Source: a virus
Taxonomy: Duplodnaviria; Caudoviricetes
Virus record (IMG/VR): IMGVR_UViG_3300042987_003044
Location: 1-53,451 of that record
Strand: one strand, 5' to 3'
Length of the DNA: 53,451 nucleotides
The notes beneath the pieces are model-generated. The model saw nothing but the letters and a program-made list of their open reading frames with translations, made no database searches and was not told the DNA's origin. The position numbers and the translations under genes are program-made. Position 1 is the stretch's first letter. The number at the start of each line of letters is the position of its first letter. Below, piece by piece: positions 9,500-18,726 of the stretch.

Positions 9500-9506
9500 T
9501 ATTTAG
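9500..9506 (-). promoter_or_regulatory. Late promoter (CTAAATA) for gp20
   Basis: Overlaps the gp19 stop, about 25 nt upstream of the gp20 ATG. Confidence 0.65.
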
Positions 9507-10084
9507 GTTGTTCTTGTGGCTGCCTTAATATCAAGGCTAGCGGCTGCAGCAGCGCCAGATCCCTTAAGTGCTTCCCACCATTGAACCTGGAATTCTACAG
9601 TAAATTCCTCAATTGTATCAGTTGTATCATATGAAAGATCAATTTGCGATACATTTGTTGGGAAAACATCATGCATATGATATGTTCTTAAAACACTTCC
9701 ATCACGATCTAATTGATCAACATAAGCATCTTTCATATATGATGCTGGTGTAATTAATCCAGTTGCATCACTAACATTATTAATATCATTAATCCACTTT
9801 TCAAAAGCTGATCTCAGAATGAAGTTAGTATCATTTAATACTGTAACGGTCCATGTATCAAATGTTCTGTCTCCAGCAACTTTTAAAATTCTACCTCTAA
9901 ATGGAACATCAACAGGTCCAAGATTGGATGCTGGTAAAGCGGCAGATTTAACCATAAATCTGTCGAGATCACTTTTATCACCAGTAAGAGATTCTGGGAA
10001 AATAATTCTTACTTCAAAAAGATTAGGTCTAGCGCCACCACCGGTTAATCTGTTTTTAAATTCGGTAATCGTTCTTAACGGCAT
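9503..10084 (-). CDS. gp19: Tail tube protein
   Basis: GGARPNLFEV, FRGRILKVAGDRTF and IEEFTVEF motifs. Confidence 0.97.
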   Translation of the reverse strand: MPLRTITEFKNRLTGGGARPNLFEVRIIFPESLTGDKSDLDRFMVKSAALPASNLGPVDVPFRGRILKVAGDRTFDTWTVTVLNDTNFILRSAFEKWINDINNVSDATGLITPASYMKDAYVDQLDRDGSVLRTYHMHDVFPTNVSQIDLSYDTTDTIEEFTVEFQVQWWEALKGSGAAAAASLDIKAATRTT

Positions 10085-10125
10085 TTTTATACCTCTTAAT
10101 TGAATTTTAATTATATTAAACTATA

Positions 10126-12294
10126 TTAAACGGTTCCTATAATTTCATCAAAATTGACTCCAGTTCGTGTTGCCACGAAAGTCAGACCGATATAGTTGAT
10201 TGACCTGGTTGGTTTAACATAAATATCGGCAATAAATTCATTATTGTCAATTACTGAAGCAGTATTATTGGATTCATCGCAAATAACTCTAAAATCATTA
10301 ATACCACGCTTTGCTTGAATATCACGAAGGAAAGGTTCAACTACATTTACAAAATTTGTTCTAGTTATTTCATCATTAAATTCAAATAGTTGATCTTTAG
10401 CTGCCTCTGAGATGACTCTTTGGATGTAAATAAATAGTCTTCTAACATTGATTCTATCAAAAGCTGATGGCTTGGATAGTGCTGTTTTATCACCAAATAG
10501 TACAATACCAGAACCTGGTGAAAATACTACTGGATTAATTCTACTTGAATATAGTTTATCTCTTTGTAATTTTGATGGGTTATACGCTAATTTAATTGCG
10601 TTAGATATAGTTCCTCTTGAAGTTCCTGCTGGTGAGAACCATGGGAAATTATTAATGTCATTTCTTGCACACAATCCTGCAATATCTCCATTTAATGGAA
10701 TATATCTAAAAACATCACCATACTTATCATAGACATATTTGTAGCTACTATCAAAAACTGCATATGAAGATGAAGTTATTCCATTAAAGTATGCAATCAG
10801 TAAATTGGTAATTGTATCTGCAGAATTTATAGTTATAGTGCCAGGAACAGAATCATTTAAGAATATGTTTCTATAAGGACTAATAAATGCTATGCAATCT
10901 TTTCTACTATCAGCTACCTGAATTAATTTTTGTGCCAGTGATTGTGCATTTTCTTTGGTATAGTTTGCAGATCCCATTAATAAGAAATCAATTTTGAGAT
11001 CTTCACCATTTGCTAATAAGTCATAACCTTCTGCTAAATTTAGCACCGATGTATTAAGTGCTCCAGAAGTTGTAAGACCCGATGATCCATTATAATTTTT
11101 GCCACCAGATAAAGTTGCACTTATTGAGCCACAAGCACCAAAATTATTACCTGCTGTCTTTTTATCCCAACTTACTCCTGTGGAAAGAGTGAATTCAGAA
11201 CTATATGTAATAGTTGTGATTCCTAAAGCAGCTCCAGATCCACCAAAGATGTAATCTGATCCTAACTCTAAATATCTTCTCCAATAAGAAGGACTACCCA
11301 AAGAATATTCGGCGTCTGATCCTTTGGAAAGATTTAGATGCTTTTCAATAATATTTCCAGCACTACCAGTAATTGATCCAGTATTATCTAAGACTAAAAT
11401 ATGCAACTCATCAAATCTACTTAATCTACTTGTTGCATAATTTGATGTAGATGGGCGATCTGCAACAGTATTCCAATAAATTTTAGATCCATCACTAACT
11501 TCCACATACTGTTGATCAAACCAGTCAGATTGTGCTGTGTATGAAGTCGTTCCTGCAGCAGTGGTATTTCCAACTGTATGAATTGCTACACTTCCAGTAC
11601 CAGCAAAACTATATACACCACCAGGACCATAATCTACATCAGTTACAGTCCCACCAGCAGAAACATGAGAAAGAACCTTTACCGAAATTGTTGAGTTTCC
11701 AATCTCTGTAATAATTCCTTTCAGATATCCATCAAGAGATGTTGTGGTTCCAATTCCGGCAAGTGTTGATGAAATTGCCTGAGTTACTCCCATTCCAACT
11801 GATAATGTACCACCAATTCCACCTGTTGTAGTTACTCCGGTGAGAATTTGATCTGCTTTTCCATCAATAACTGCAAATTTAATGTCATTCGCCCAAGATC
11901 CTGGGTTTCTTGCAACAACACCAATATTTGAAATAATATTCTCACTGTATCCTAATTGCACATAATTTTCGTCGCTTTCAATTTTTATATCACCTGATGG
12001 GTATGATGCATTTTTTAAATCACTATCATTTGCTCTTACTACCTGAAGATTTCCACCATAAGATAAGTATGAAGAAGCAACATACCAATTTTCATAATGA
12101 TTATCTATGGAATATGGTTGACCAAATGTTTTTAATAAATCTTGTTCGGTTTCTATTGTTGTTGGGACATTTACAGGTCCTCTTTCAAATGGTGCAACTA
12201 TTCCTGCAGTCAAATTTGCAGATGGATTTATTCTACCAACAGTTAAATCAACTTCTCTAACTACAATTCCAGGAGATGCTATATTTAGCGGCAT
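10126..12294 (-). CDS. gp18: Tail sheath protein
   Basis: SPGIVVREVD, PWFSPAG, GDKT and FDRINVRRLF motifs. Confidence 0.97.
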   Translation of the reverse strand: MPLNIASPGIVVREVDLTVGRINPSANLTAGIVAPFERGPVNVPTTIETEQDLLKTFGQPYSIDNHYENWYVASSYLSYGGNLQVVRANDSDLKNASYPSGDIKIESDENYVQLGYSENIISNIGVVARNPGSWANDIKFAVIDGKADQILTGVTTTGGIGGTLSVGMGVTQAISSTLAGIGTTTSLDGYLKGIITEIGNSTISVKVLSHVSAGGTVTDVDYGPGGVYSFAGTGSVAIHTVGNTTAAGTTSYTAQSDWFDQQYVEVSDGSKIYWNTVADRPSTSNYATSRLSRFDELHILVLDNTGSITGSAGNIIEKHLNLSKGSDAEYSLGSPSYWRRYLELGSDYIFGGSGAALGITTITYSSEFTLSTGVSWDKKTAGNNFGACGSISATLSGGKNYNGSSGLTTSGALNTSVLNLAEGYDLLANGEDLKIDFLLMGSANYTKENAQSLAQKLIQVADSRKDCIAFISPYRNIFLNDSVPGTITINSADTITNLLIAYFNGITSSSYAVFDSSYKYVYDKYGDVFRYIPLNGDIAGLCARNDINNFPWFSPAGTSRGTISNAIKLAYNPSKLQRDKLYSSRINPVVFSPGSGIVLFGDKTALSKPSAFDRINVRRLFIYIQRVISEAAKDQLFEFNDEITRTNFVNVVEPFLRDIQAKRGINDFRVICDESNNTASVIDNNEFIADIYVKPTRSINYIGLTFVATRTGVNFDEIIGTV

Positions 12295-12331
12295 CTTTTT
12301 ATCCCCTCTAAATCCAGAATTATTCTAAAAG

Positions 12332-12338
12332 TATTTAT
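12332..12338 (-). promoter_or_regulatory. Late promoter (ATAAATA) for gp18
   Basis: Intergenic, about 38 nt upstream of the gp18 ATG. Confidence 0.7.
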
Positions 12339-12380
12339 CAAAAAGAGTATTTACAAAGGGAAAACGGTGCATGAACAAAA

Positions 12381-12611
12381 TCACCAATCAGGATATTCCC
12401 ACAAAACAAAATTTATTTTTTTATTTCTATTTCCAATGATTCTTTTTATCGTACATTCTTTACATTCATAAGAATATGATGATGGAAATCCTTTTTTATT
12501 TTTTCTTATCAAATAAAAGTCATATATTAAATCTTTTGTTTTTTTACAAGTTCTACATTTTCTTTGCTTAAAAAGCAAATGCTCCAATTCTATTTGATCA
12601 TCTATATCCAT
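12381..12611 (-). CDS. Small CxxC...CxxC zinc-finger-like protein
   Basis: CRTC and CKEC motifs; start reassigned to the ATG overlapping the gp17 stop (TAATG). Confidence 0.7.
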   Translation of the reverse strand: MDIDDQIELEHLLFKQRKCRTCKKTKDLIYDFYLIRKNKKGFPSSYSYECKECTIKRIIGNRNKKINFVLWEYPDW

Positions 12612-14284
12612 TACATATATTCCCACATATATGAACGATCACCATATTCATCCAAATACCATCTATCACCATCCTCATCAATAAAACTGCCGGTATCAGT
12701 TAATCCATCTGATACAAATCCAAAAGGTGCCATATCCTGATCTATTTGATTTTTTTGTTCTTCATATATTCTTTTCCTCACATCATTGTCAGTCATCTCC
12801 TTAAAATAATCTTGTGCAACTAACCAGGAAAAAATTACAAGACACATTGCAAGGTCATCATTACATCCTTCTTCAGCTTCAAATGAATTATGTCTTTGTG
12901 CAAAAGTTGTCAATTCTGAGATAATATCATAATCTATTGTCAGTAATTTATCATCCTCAAGTAAAGTTTTTAAATTAGAACAACCTAGCTTCTTGACTGC
13001 AGAAGTCATTCTGACTCCAAGTTGAGATTTTTTTCCACTAAATCCAGATCCTACAATTTGACCTGCCCTTCCTCGCATAGAGCACATTAAAACATTATCA
13101 TATTCAAGATCAAAATGTATAATATTTGCTACTTGATCTCCAATATCATTAACTTCAATCAAGACCCAAGAATTATTATATCCTCTTGCAACTTCATTAA
13201 TAATGCTTGGAAATAGCATAGGTTTTATTTCATTATTTCTATATTTTGCGACAGTTTTATATGGAAAATTAGTTATATCAAAAACAACAAATGCAGAATA
13301 ATCGTTTCCTATGCCACGCGCAACATCTACTGTTATTAGATAATTATGCTCTTCTATTGGGTGTTCGTAAATATCCAATCCAGCATTTCTTTTAATCGGA
13401 TCTTCATAAACAAGATTTCTAAGTTTTGAAGGATTGATAAGAGTATTTACAGATCCTAAAAATTCACATTCAAATTCAACTTTGAATTGTTGTTCAGAAG
13501 TATTTGCTATTGTTTGAGATTTCCATTTTTCATCTCTACCTGGAACTTCGGACCAATGAACATCTGTTGGAACGTATTCATTTTTACTTTTTTCAGCATC
13601 GTGCCACATGCGGTAAAAATGATTCATACCTCTTGGGGTAGATACGATAATTACCTTTGTACTTTGTCCAGAAGAAATTGTAGGATAAACAGATGCGAAG
13701 AAATCATCCGCAATATGATTTGGAATAAACGCAAATTCATCCAGGAAGATAATATTATAAGAACCTCCACGAACCGCTGAGGCGGATGTAGATGCCGCCA
13801 TTACCTTTGATCCATTCTCTAGTTCTAAACTACCTCTGTTCCACTGTAGAACGCCTTGCTGCATCCACTTAGGAAGATTCTCATATGCAAGTTGCAGTCT
13901 TTGAAGAAGATCTCTTGCTGTTGATGCCTTGTTGGCAAGGATTGCAATATTTACATTATCATTAAAAAGAGCATAATGCAATAGATATGAAACTACTGTG
14001 GTAGATTTACCCGTTTGTCTGGGCATTTTACAGATATTAAATCTGTTTTTGTGGAATCTCGTAATTAATTTTTCCTGAAATGGGTATAATTCAAAAGGAA
14101 CTAGTCCATAATCAAGAGAAACAATTTTTATATAATTCTTGGCAAAATAAACAGGGTCATCCTTACATCTAAGGAATTCTATAACTTGTTCCTGGGACCA
14201 CTGAATTGTGGTATTTGCTCTCTTTAAATTTGGATTAGATAGATAAGCATCAGATTGCTTAAGTTGAATATCTTCAATTAGCAT
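12611..14284 (-). CDS. gp17: Terminase large subunit
   Basis: Walker A PRQTGKS, Walker B IFLDEFAF, VSTP, and nuclease motifs DVARG and DDLAM. Confidence 0.98.
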   Translation of the reverse strand: MLIEDIQLKQSDAYLSNPNLKRANTTIQWSQEQVIEFLRCKDDPVYFAKNYIKIVSLDYGLVPFELYPFQEKLITRFHKNRFNICKMPRQTGKSTTVVSYLLHYALFNDNVNIAILANKASTARDLLQRLQLAYENLPKWMQQGVLQWNRGSLELENGSKVMAASTSASAVRGGSYNIIFLDEFAFIPNHIADDFFASVYPTISSGQSTKVIIVSTPRGMNHFYRMWHDAEKSKNEYVPTDVHWSEVPGRDEKWKSQTIANTSEQQFKVEFECEFLGSVNTLINPSKLRNLVYEDPIKRNAGLDIYEHPIEEHNYLITVDVARGIGNDYSAFVVFDITNFPYKTVAKYRNNEIKPMLFPSIINEVARGYNNSWVLIEVNDIGDQVANIIHFDLEYDNVLMCSMRGRAGQIVGSGFSGKKSQLGVRMTSAVKKLGCSNLKTLLEDDKLLTIDYDIISELTTFAQRHNSFEAEEGCNDDLAMCLVIFSWLVAQDYFKEMTDNDVRKRIYEEQKNQIDQDMAPFGFVSDGLTDTGSFIDEDGDRWYLDEYGDRSYMWEYM

Positions 14285-14287
14285 AAT

Positions 14288-15625
14288 TTAGTAAATCTCT
14301 CTCCATCTTATAGAAACTCCAACATTAGTACTGGTGTCGCTTATATTACTTACACGAACTGAAAAGATTTCCGAATCTGTGGAGTCATAATTTTGAGACA
14401 AGTAATTTTTCTTTGAAGTTGGCCCCGATTGAGCATCGGTAGTTGTTGCTGATGGTTTTTGTGAGTTTTGACTTTCTCCCGCAGCATATCCACCCATAAA
14501 ATCTTCAAAATACGTTACACTAATTCCAGTTGCACTTTGATTATATTCTACAACTGATTCATCATTTTCAGAAACCCAGGTTCCTGTGGGGTTAATGCCA
14601 ACAGAGCTTCTCAATTTTACGACTTCATATTTTACATTTCCGCCATTACTAAACACCGTAACATCTTCAAGTTTTACTGTTGCTCTATTTGGATATCCCT
14701 TAAATGAATTCTTCAATCTAATTGCAATAATTGGAACTGTAGTGCCGATACCAACAGTTCTAAGATTTGTCGTATGTGAAAATTCTCTACCAGACTCAGT
14801 ATATCCACCTTCACTCATTACAGTAGAGCAGATTTGAATAAAAGAACCACCGGCACCTACTTGTGTACCGGTATTTTTAACCTCACATCTTACTGGAAGA
14901 TTTGGGTTAGACATGTACACTGTTGGAAGATGGTTTGAATTGTAAAATTCATGAGCAATAATATTATAACCATCTATACTAAACCCACAACGAACTCTAC
15001 CAACTCCTAACCACTCAAAATCCGTCATGAATAATTGGGTTTTGGTAATATCTAAACTGAAACCAGAAGGTCCATTTCCGTCCAGAGTATCTTTATTCCA
15101 TTCAGATTGAGTAACTCTTCTATCTGAAGCAATCCCAGTCACATAAGATCTAATTACAAAACTCAAAGTTCCATCTGGTGCTTGCTCAAAGAAAATTCCA
15201 TCTCTATCATCAAAATATCCAGTTCTTTTATAGACATTCTGTTGTGCTGCGCCAAAGTTAAATGTTGAATAAATTACCTGGGATTTGCCAGGCATGTAAT
15301 GATGATATCTCTTTGTTTGGTGAATACAGTATCCGTCAGTACTAATTCCTGAACTTAAAATTGCTGCTGCCTGATTTACATCAAAAGTGACCGTTGCTCC
15401 AGTTCCCACCTTCACATCTGTAAAATCAGGATCAATAGAATAAAGATGTTTATAGTCCCCAAGTGTATAAGGACTTGATGATCTTAGTCTCCCAAAAGCA
15501 TCACCAGAAAATCCTTGTCCGAGATCTTCATAAATTTCTCCATGCTTATTAGCCCTCATATAAACTTCAAAGAGGGATCTTTCTTGATTTAAATAATCCT
15601 GTTGATTTTTATTCCACTGAGCCAT
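14288..15625 (-). CDS. Hypothetical beta-rich protein, probably virion-associated
   Basis: 445-aa ORF between gp16 and gp17; DAFGRLR and EWLGVGRVRCGF motifs; VGIGTT motif shared with the structural proteins. Confidence 0.7.
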   Translation of the reverse strand: MAQWNKNQQDYLNQERSLFEVYMRANKHGEIYEDLGQGFSGDAFGRLRSSSPYTLGDYKHLYSIDPDFTDVKVGTGATVTFDVNQAAAILSSGISTDGYCIHQTKRYHHYMPGKSQVIYSTFNFGAAQQNVYKRTGYFDDRDGIFFEQAPDGTLSFVIRSYVTGIASDRRVTQSEWNKDTLDGNGPSGFSLDITKTQLFMTDFEWLGVGRVRCGFSIDGYNIIAHEFYNSNHLPTVYMSNPNLPVRCEVKNTGTQVGAGGSFIQICSTVMSEGGYTESGREFSHTTNLRTVGIGTTVPIIAIRLKNSFKGYPNRATVKLEDVTVFSNGGNVKYEVVKLRSSVGINPTGTWVSENDESVVEYNQSATGISVTYFEDFMGGYAAGESQNSQKPSATTTDAQSGPTSKKNYLSQNYDSTDSEIFSVRVSNISDTSTNVGVSIRWREIY

Positions 15626-15639
15626 AGTTTAATCCTCTA

Positions 15640-15951
15640 TTATTCAGACCATGAGAGTCTTTCTGGTTGATATCTTTGTGCGGTTTTAACTTTGACCGAA
15701 CTAGTTGAATTTGGATAAATGTTATGGACAATTGCACCAGGATATTCATCTTGTAATTGTTCAGCAAGTTGATTTTTTGAAATCATTTTACCCTCAACTT
15801 CCATACGATATATCTTTCCTTGCCACATTACGTCTGCAGTAAAAGATTCCTTAGCAACCTCTGGTTCAGTTGAAGCATTCATATAAAGATTTCCATTGAA
15901 ATCTCCAGCAATATTAATACTTTCTGATAAAAATTGTTGAAAACTTTTCAT
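15640..15951 (-). CDS. Hypothetical protein with a T4-like capsid-targeting N-terminus (MKSFQQFLSE)
   Basis: The ATG at 15951 overlaps the previous stop (TAATG); the N-terminus resembles the T4 internal-protein CTS MKTYQEFIAE. Confidence 0.7.
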   Translation of the reverse strand: MKSFQQFLSESINIAGDFNGNLYMNASTEPEVAKESFTADVMWQGKIYRMEVEGKMISKNQLAEQLQDEYPGAIVHNIYPNSTSSVKVKTAQRYQPERLSWSE

Positions 15952-17471
15952 TAGTTGCATCTCCAGCGACGTAGTGCTTTGTTAATTCTTGAATCTGGAT
16001 CCCTTGCAGTTTCTGCAGAAGTTAGTTTTGACTTCATACCTTTCATACGACGGCAAAAATTCTTACGACGATTTGCTCTTTTTCCAGAAGGATTTTTTTC
16101 AGTTACTGCTGTTTGAAGTTTTGAACCAGGATTTTCACGGCGATAAGCATTTACTGCTGCCTGACTCAGACCATCAGTTTTATCTTTACGATTGACTTTT
16201 TGCCAATCTTCATTAACCAAATCAGCACCAATACCTTCAGTTGGTTGTAGAGGATCTGGTTTTATTAAATCAACAAACTCAAAAGTTGTTGGATTTAATT
16301 TTAATTCTTCTCTCCAGTTTGAATAATTTTCTGGTACGCAATTGGGGACCAATTTCTTGCCTTTCTTTTTCATACCAACTTTCTTATATCCAGACCAACA
16401 ATCTTCATCTACACTATGTTCACCACTATCAAGATAATCTGCGGCAGAATCTAAATAATCTGCTGCCTTAGTAATTTTTGATTGGACCCATGCCTCAATA
16501 TTACCTTCACCCTTCATCTTTTTCTTAAGTCTTTTCGCTGCAGAAATAATTGTGGCAATTTCTGAACGAGCCATAGAGTATTCATGATCTGATTCTTTGG
16601 ACTCATTTGCTGGATGAGGTCTATTTGGATTATATTTAATCTGATTAGAAGTCAAAATATCATTACTTTCAACTTTTGGTGGTAATGAATACATGTCCCA
16701 AAATTTTCCACCATATCTACATTCTTTTCTAGATTCATTTTTTTCACATTTGGGGCAATATCTAATCATTTCAATTTCTTCTGATTTTGTTCCCCAATTG
16801 TCTGCTCCAACTTTACGACATTTAACTAGTGCTCCAGATGCATATGCACTAGGCCAAACATCATATCTTGATTTTACTTTGCGATAGCAAGCATCTTTTT
16901 TACCACTACCTTTACCTGGTTTGTCTTTTACTTCGGTTAAGTCCATTTCTTCTGTTTTAACATTTGTTGGCTTGGCACCACCAGTTTTTTCTGGTTGATT
17001 TGGATCTTGTCTATTTTTTCTACTTCTTGCTCTTTCTTCCTCTTCATCCGAAAGATTTGCTGCCATTTTAGAACTTCCACATTTTGGTGTTGAAGATTGA
17101 CCTTCTTGACGAGCACATGGTTTTCCTGCCCATTTACCACCAAGTTGGACCCATCCTCTTTTACCATCAGAAGATTTTGACTTATTGAACCAATCATGCA
17201 AACCTTCATCACCAGATTTAGTTTCTTCTTTTACATCTTTAAATTTTTTATGATGCTTTTTAGCATCAACTTCCATTTTTTTCAAACGAGTATAATAATC
17301 TGGAATTTCATCGAGATGTTGTAATGCAATATATTTTGCCAATTCAGCATCCTTAGTATGTTCATGTTCAATTTTTTGTCCCATACTCAACTGTTTTCTA
17401 ATAAAAGAAACGTCAAGTCTATGTTTTTTGGCAATTTCTTCTACAGTCCTGTGGGATTTAAATTTATTCAC
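15951..17471 (-). CDS. Modular basic, Cys-containing protein; putative internal head polyprotein
   Basis: 506-aa ORF (GTG start) with late promoter CTAAATA at 17494-17500; a string of short modules separated by x-x-E(E) junctions. Confidence 0.7.
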   Translation of the reverse strand: MNKFKSHRTVEEIAKKHRLDVSFIRKQLSMGQKIEHEHTKDAELAKYIALQHLDEIPDYYTRLKKMEVDAKKHHKKFKDVKEETKSGDEGLHDWFNKSKSSDGKRGWVQLGGKWAGKPCARQEGQSSTPKCGSSKMAANLSDEEEERARSRKNRQDPNQPEKTGGAKPTNVKTEEMDLTEVKDKPGKGSGKKDACYRKVKSRYDVWPSAYASGALVKCRKVGADNWGTKSEEIEMIRYCPKCEKNESRKECRYGGKFWDMYSLPPKVESNDILTSNQIKYNPNRPHPANESKESDHEYSMARSEIATIISAAKRLKKKMKGEGNIEAWVQSKITKAADYLDSAADYLDSGEHSVDEDCWSGYKKVGMKKKGKKLVPNCVPENYSNWREELKLNPTTFEFVDLIKPDPLQPTEGIGADLVNEDWQKVNRKDKTDGLSQAAVNAYRRENPGSKLQTAVTEKNPSGKRANRRKNFCRRMKGMKSKLTSAETARDPDSRINKALRRWRCN

Positions 17472-17482
17472 TTGTAAAAAGA

Positions 17483-17911
17483 TTACTCTTTATTATTTAG
17501 AAAACCTTGCTTTAGTAATTTAGAAAGTTCGGATGTAGATCCTACAAAAATTGCATTATTTGTTGTATTATTTGTAGTTTTTGTAGTGTCTTCTTCAACT
17601 TCTTTTAATTTCTTCTGAAGATCTATTAATTTATCTGTAGTATCGGCAACGTTTTTAATTAATTGACCGGCAACTTCATATGCTCTTGGAGAATCACTTT
17701 CACCAGCCAACTCCATAATTCCATTTATAGCTTCTTGCCCCTTTTCAATTAATGAATAGAGATTGGCCCTAGTATATTCATAATCTTTTTTAATATCATT
17801 TAAATTTTCTGACATTGCTAAACTTTTAACATCATTTTTTTCAACTTCTACTATTTCTGAAGGAGTTGAATTGATATTTAAAGTTTTATCTAATGAGTCA
17901 TAATTTTTCAT
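17483..17911 (-). CDS. gp16: Terminase small subunit
   Basis: DYEYTRANL, SPRAYEVAGQLIK and NNAIFVGSTSEL motifs. Confidence 0.95.
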   Translation of the reverse strand: MKNYDSLDKTLNINSTPSEIVEVEKNDVKSLAMSENLNDIKKDYEYTRANLYSLIEKGQEAINGIMELAGESDSPRAYEVAGQLIKNVADTTDKLIDLQKKLKEVEEDTTKTTNNTTNNAIFVGSTSELSKLLKQGFLNNKE

Positions 17912-17919
17912 AATTTTTA

Positions 17920-18726
17920 TCAGATATCCTCTCCTCTTGATGGACTGTATGATCTTGAATCTACAAAATCTTCTATACTTTCATTAAATCCAAAGTCATC
18001 TTCTGGTTCTGCATTAAATGGATCTACAGCAGCAGTATATCTAACTTCCCTCTTTGCAGTATTTACATCAGTTGTAGTATAATAATCAACCTGAACCTTA
18101 CGAATAAGACCTTCAGTGGAAGTGGAAATAGGACCGAACAGATAAGTTTTTGCTGTGAATCTTAACGTATAAATCAAAACTCTTCTTGTAGAAAAATCCC
18201 CTTCATAATCATCTTGAAAAGATATTGAATCTAAAACAATAGGCACATCCTTTTTTTCGCCAATAGAATCAATTAAATCTATAGTAACATTAAATGCTGG
18301 TTGGAAGAATGGTAATATTTGTTCTAATATTTGCAAAGAATCATCATTTAATTTAGTTAATACATTTAATTCAAATCCAATATTATATGGAACCGGCAAA
18401 TAAACCTTTTTTAATTTATCATCATCTGATTTATCTACAGCTTTAAATGATTGGGTAACACCAGTTTTTCTTCCGGAATCATATTGAATAGATACCATCT
18501 CAAATGACATTCTTGGTAAAATTATTTGAGTTGGATTATTTAACTCTGGTTGCTGTTGGATCCTAGCAAGAAATTTTTGCATGGGACCATATGCAAGAGG
18601 AACCTTTATGTCACTAATCCCATTACCATCAGAATCAGAATGTCTGATGTGTATGTCATTAAATAATGTACCAAAACCTATAACAGTTTTCTTAATTATT
18701 TCGTGGTAAAAGTAAGTTCCTAACAT
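17920..18726 (-). CDS. gp15: Tail sheath stabilizer / tail terminator
   Basis: FGTLFNDI, VPLAYGP, LPRMSFE and QILEQILPFFQP motifs. Confidence 0.95.
   Translation of the reverse strand: MLGTYFYHEIIKKTVIGFGTLFNDIHIRHSDSDGNGISDIKVPLAYGPMQKFLARIQQQPELNNPTQIILPRMSFEMVSIQYDSGRKTGVTQSFKAVDKSDDDKLKKVYLPVPYNIGFELNVLTKLNDDSLQILEQILPFFQPAFNVTIDLIDSIGEKKDVPIVLDSISFQDDYEGDFSTRRVLIYTLRFTAKTYLFGPISTSTEGLIRKVQVDYYTTTDVNTAKREVRYTAAVDPFNAEPEDDFGFNESIEDFVDSRSYSPSRGEDI

Noticed and set aside
1281-14284. Introns or inteins in uvsW, gp20, gp23 or gp17
   Set aside because: The ORFs are uninterrupted and of normal length, with no intein or homing-endonuclease motifs seen
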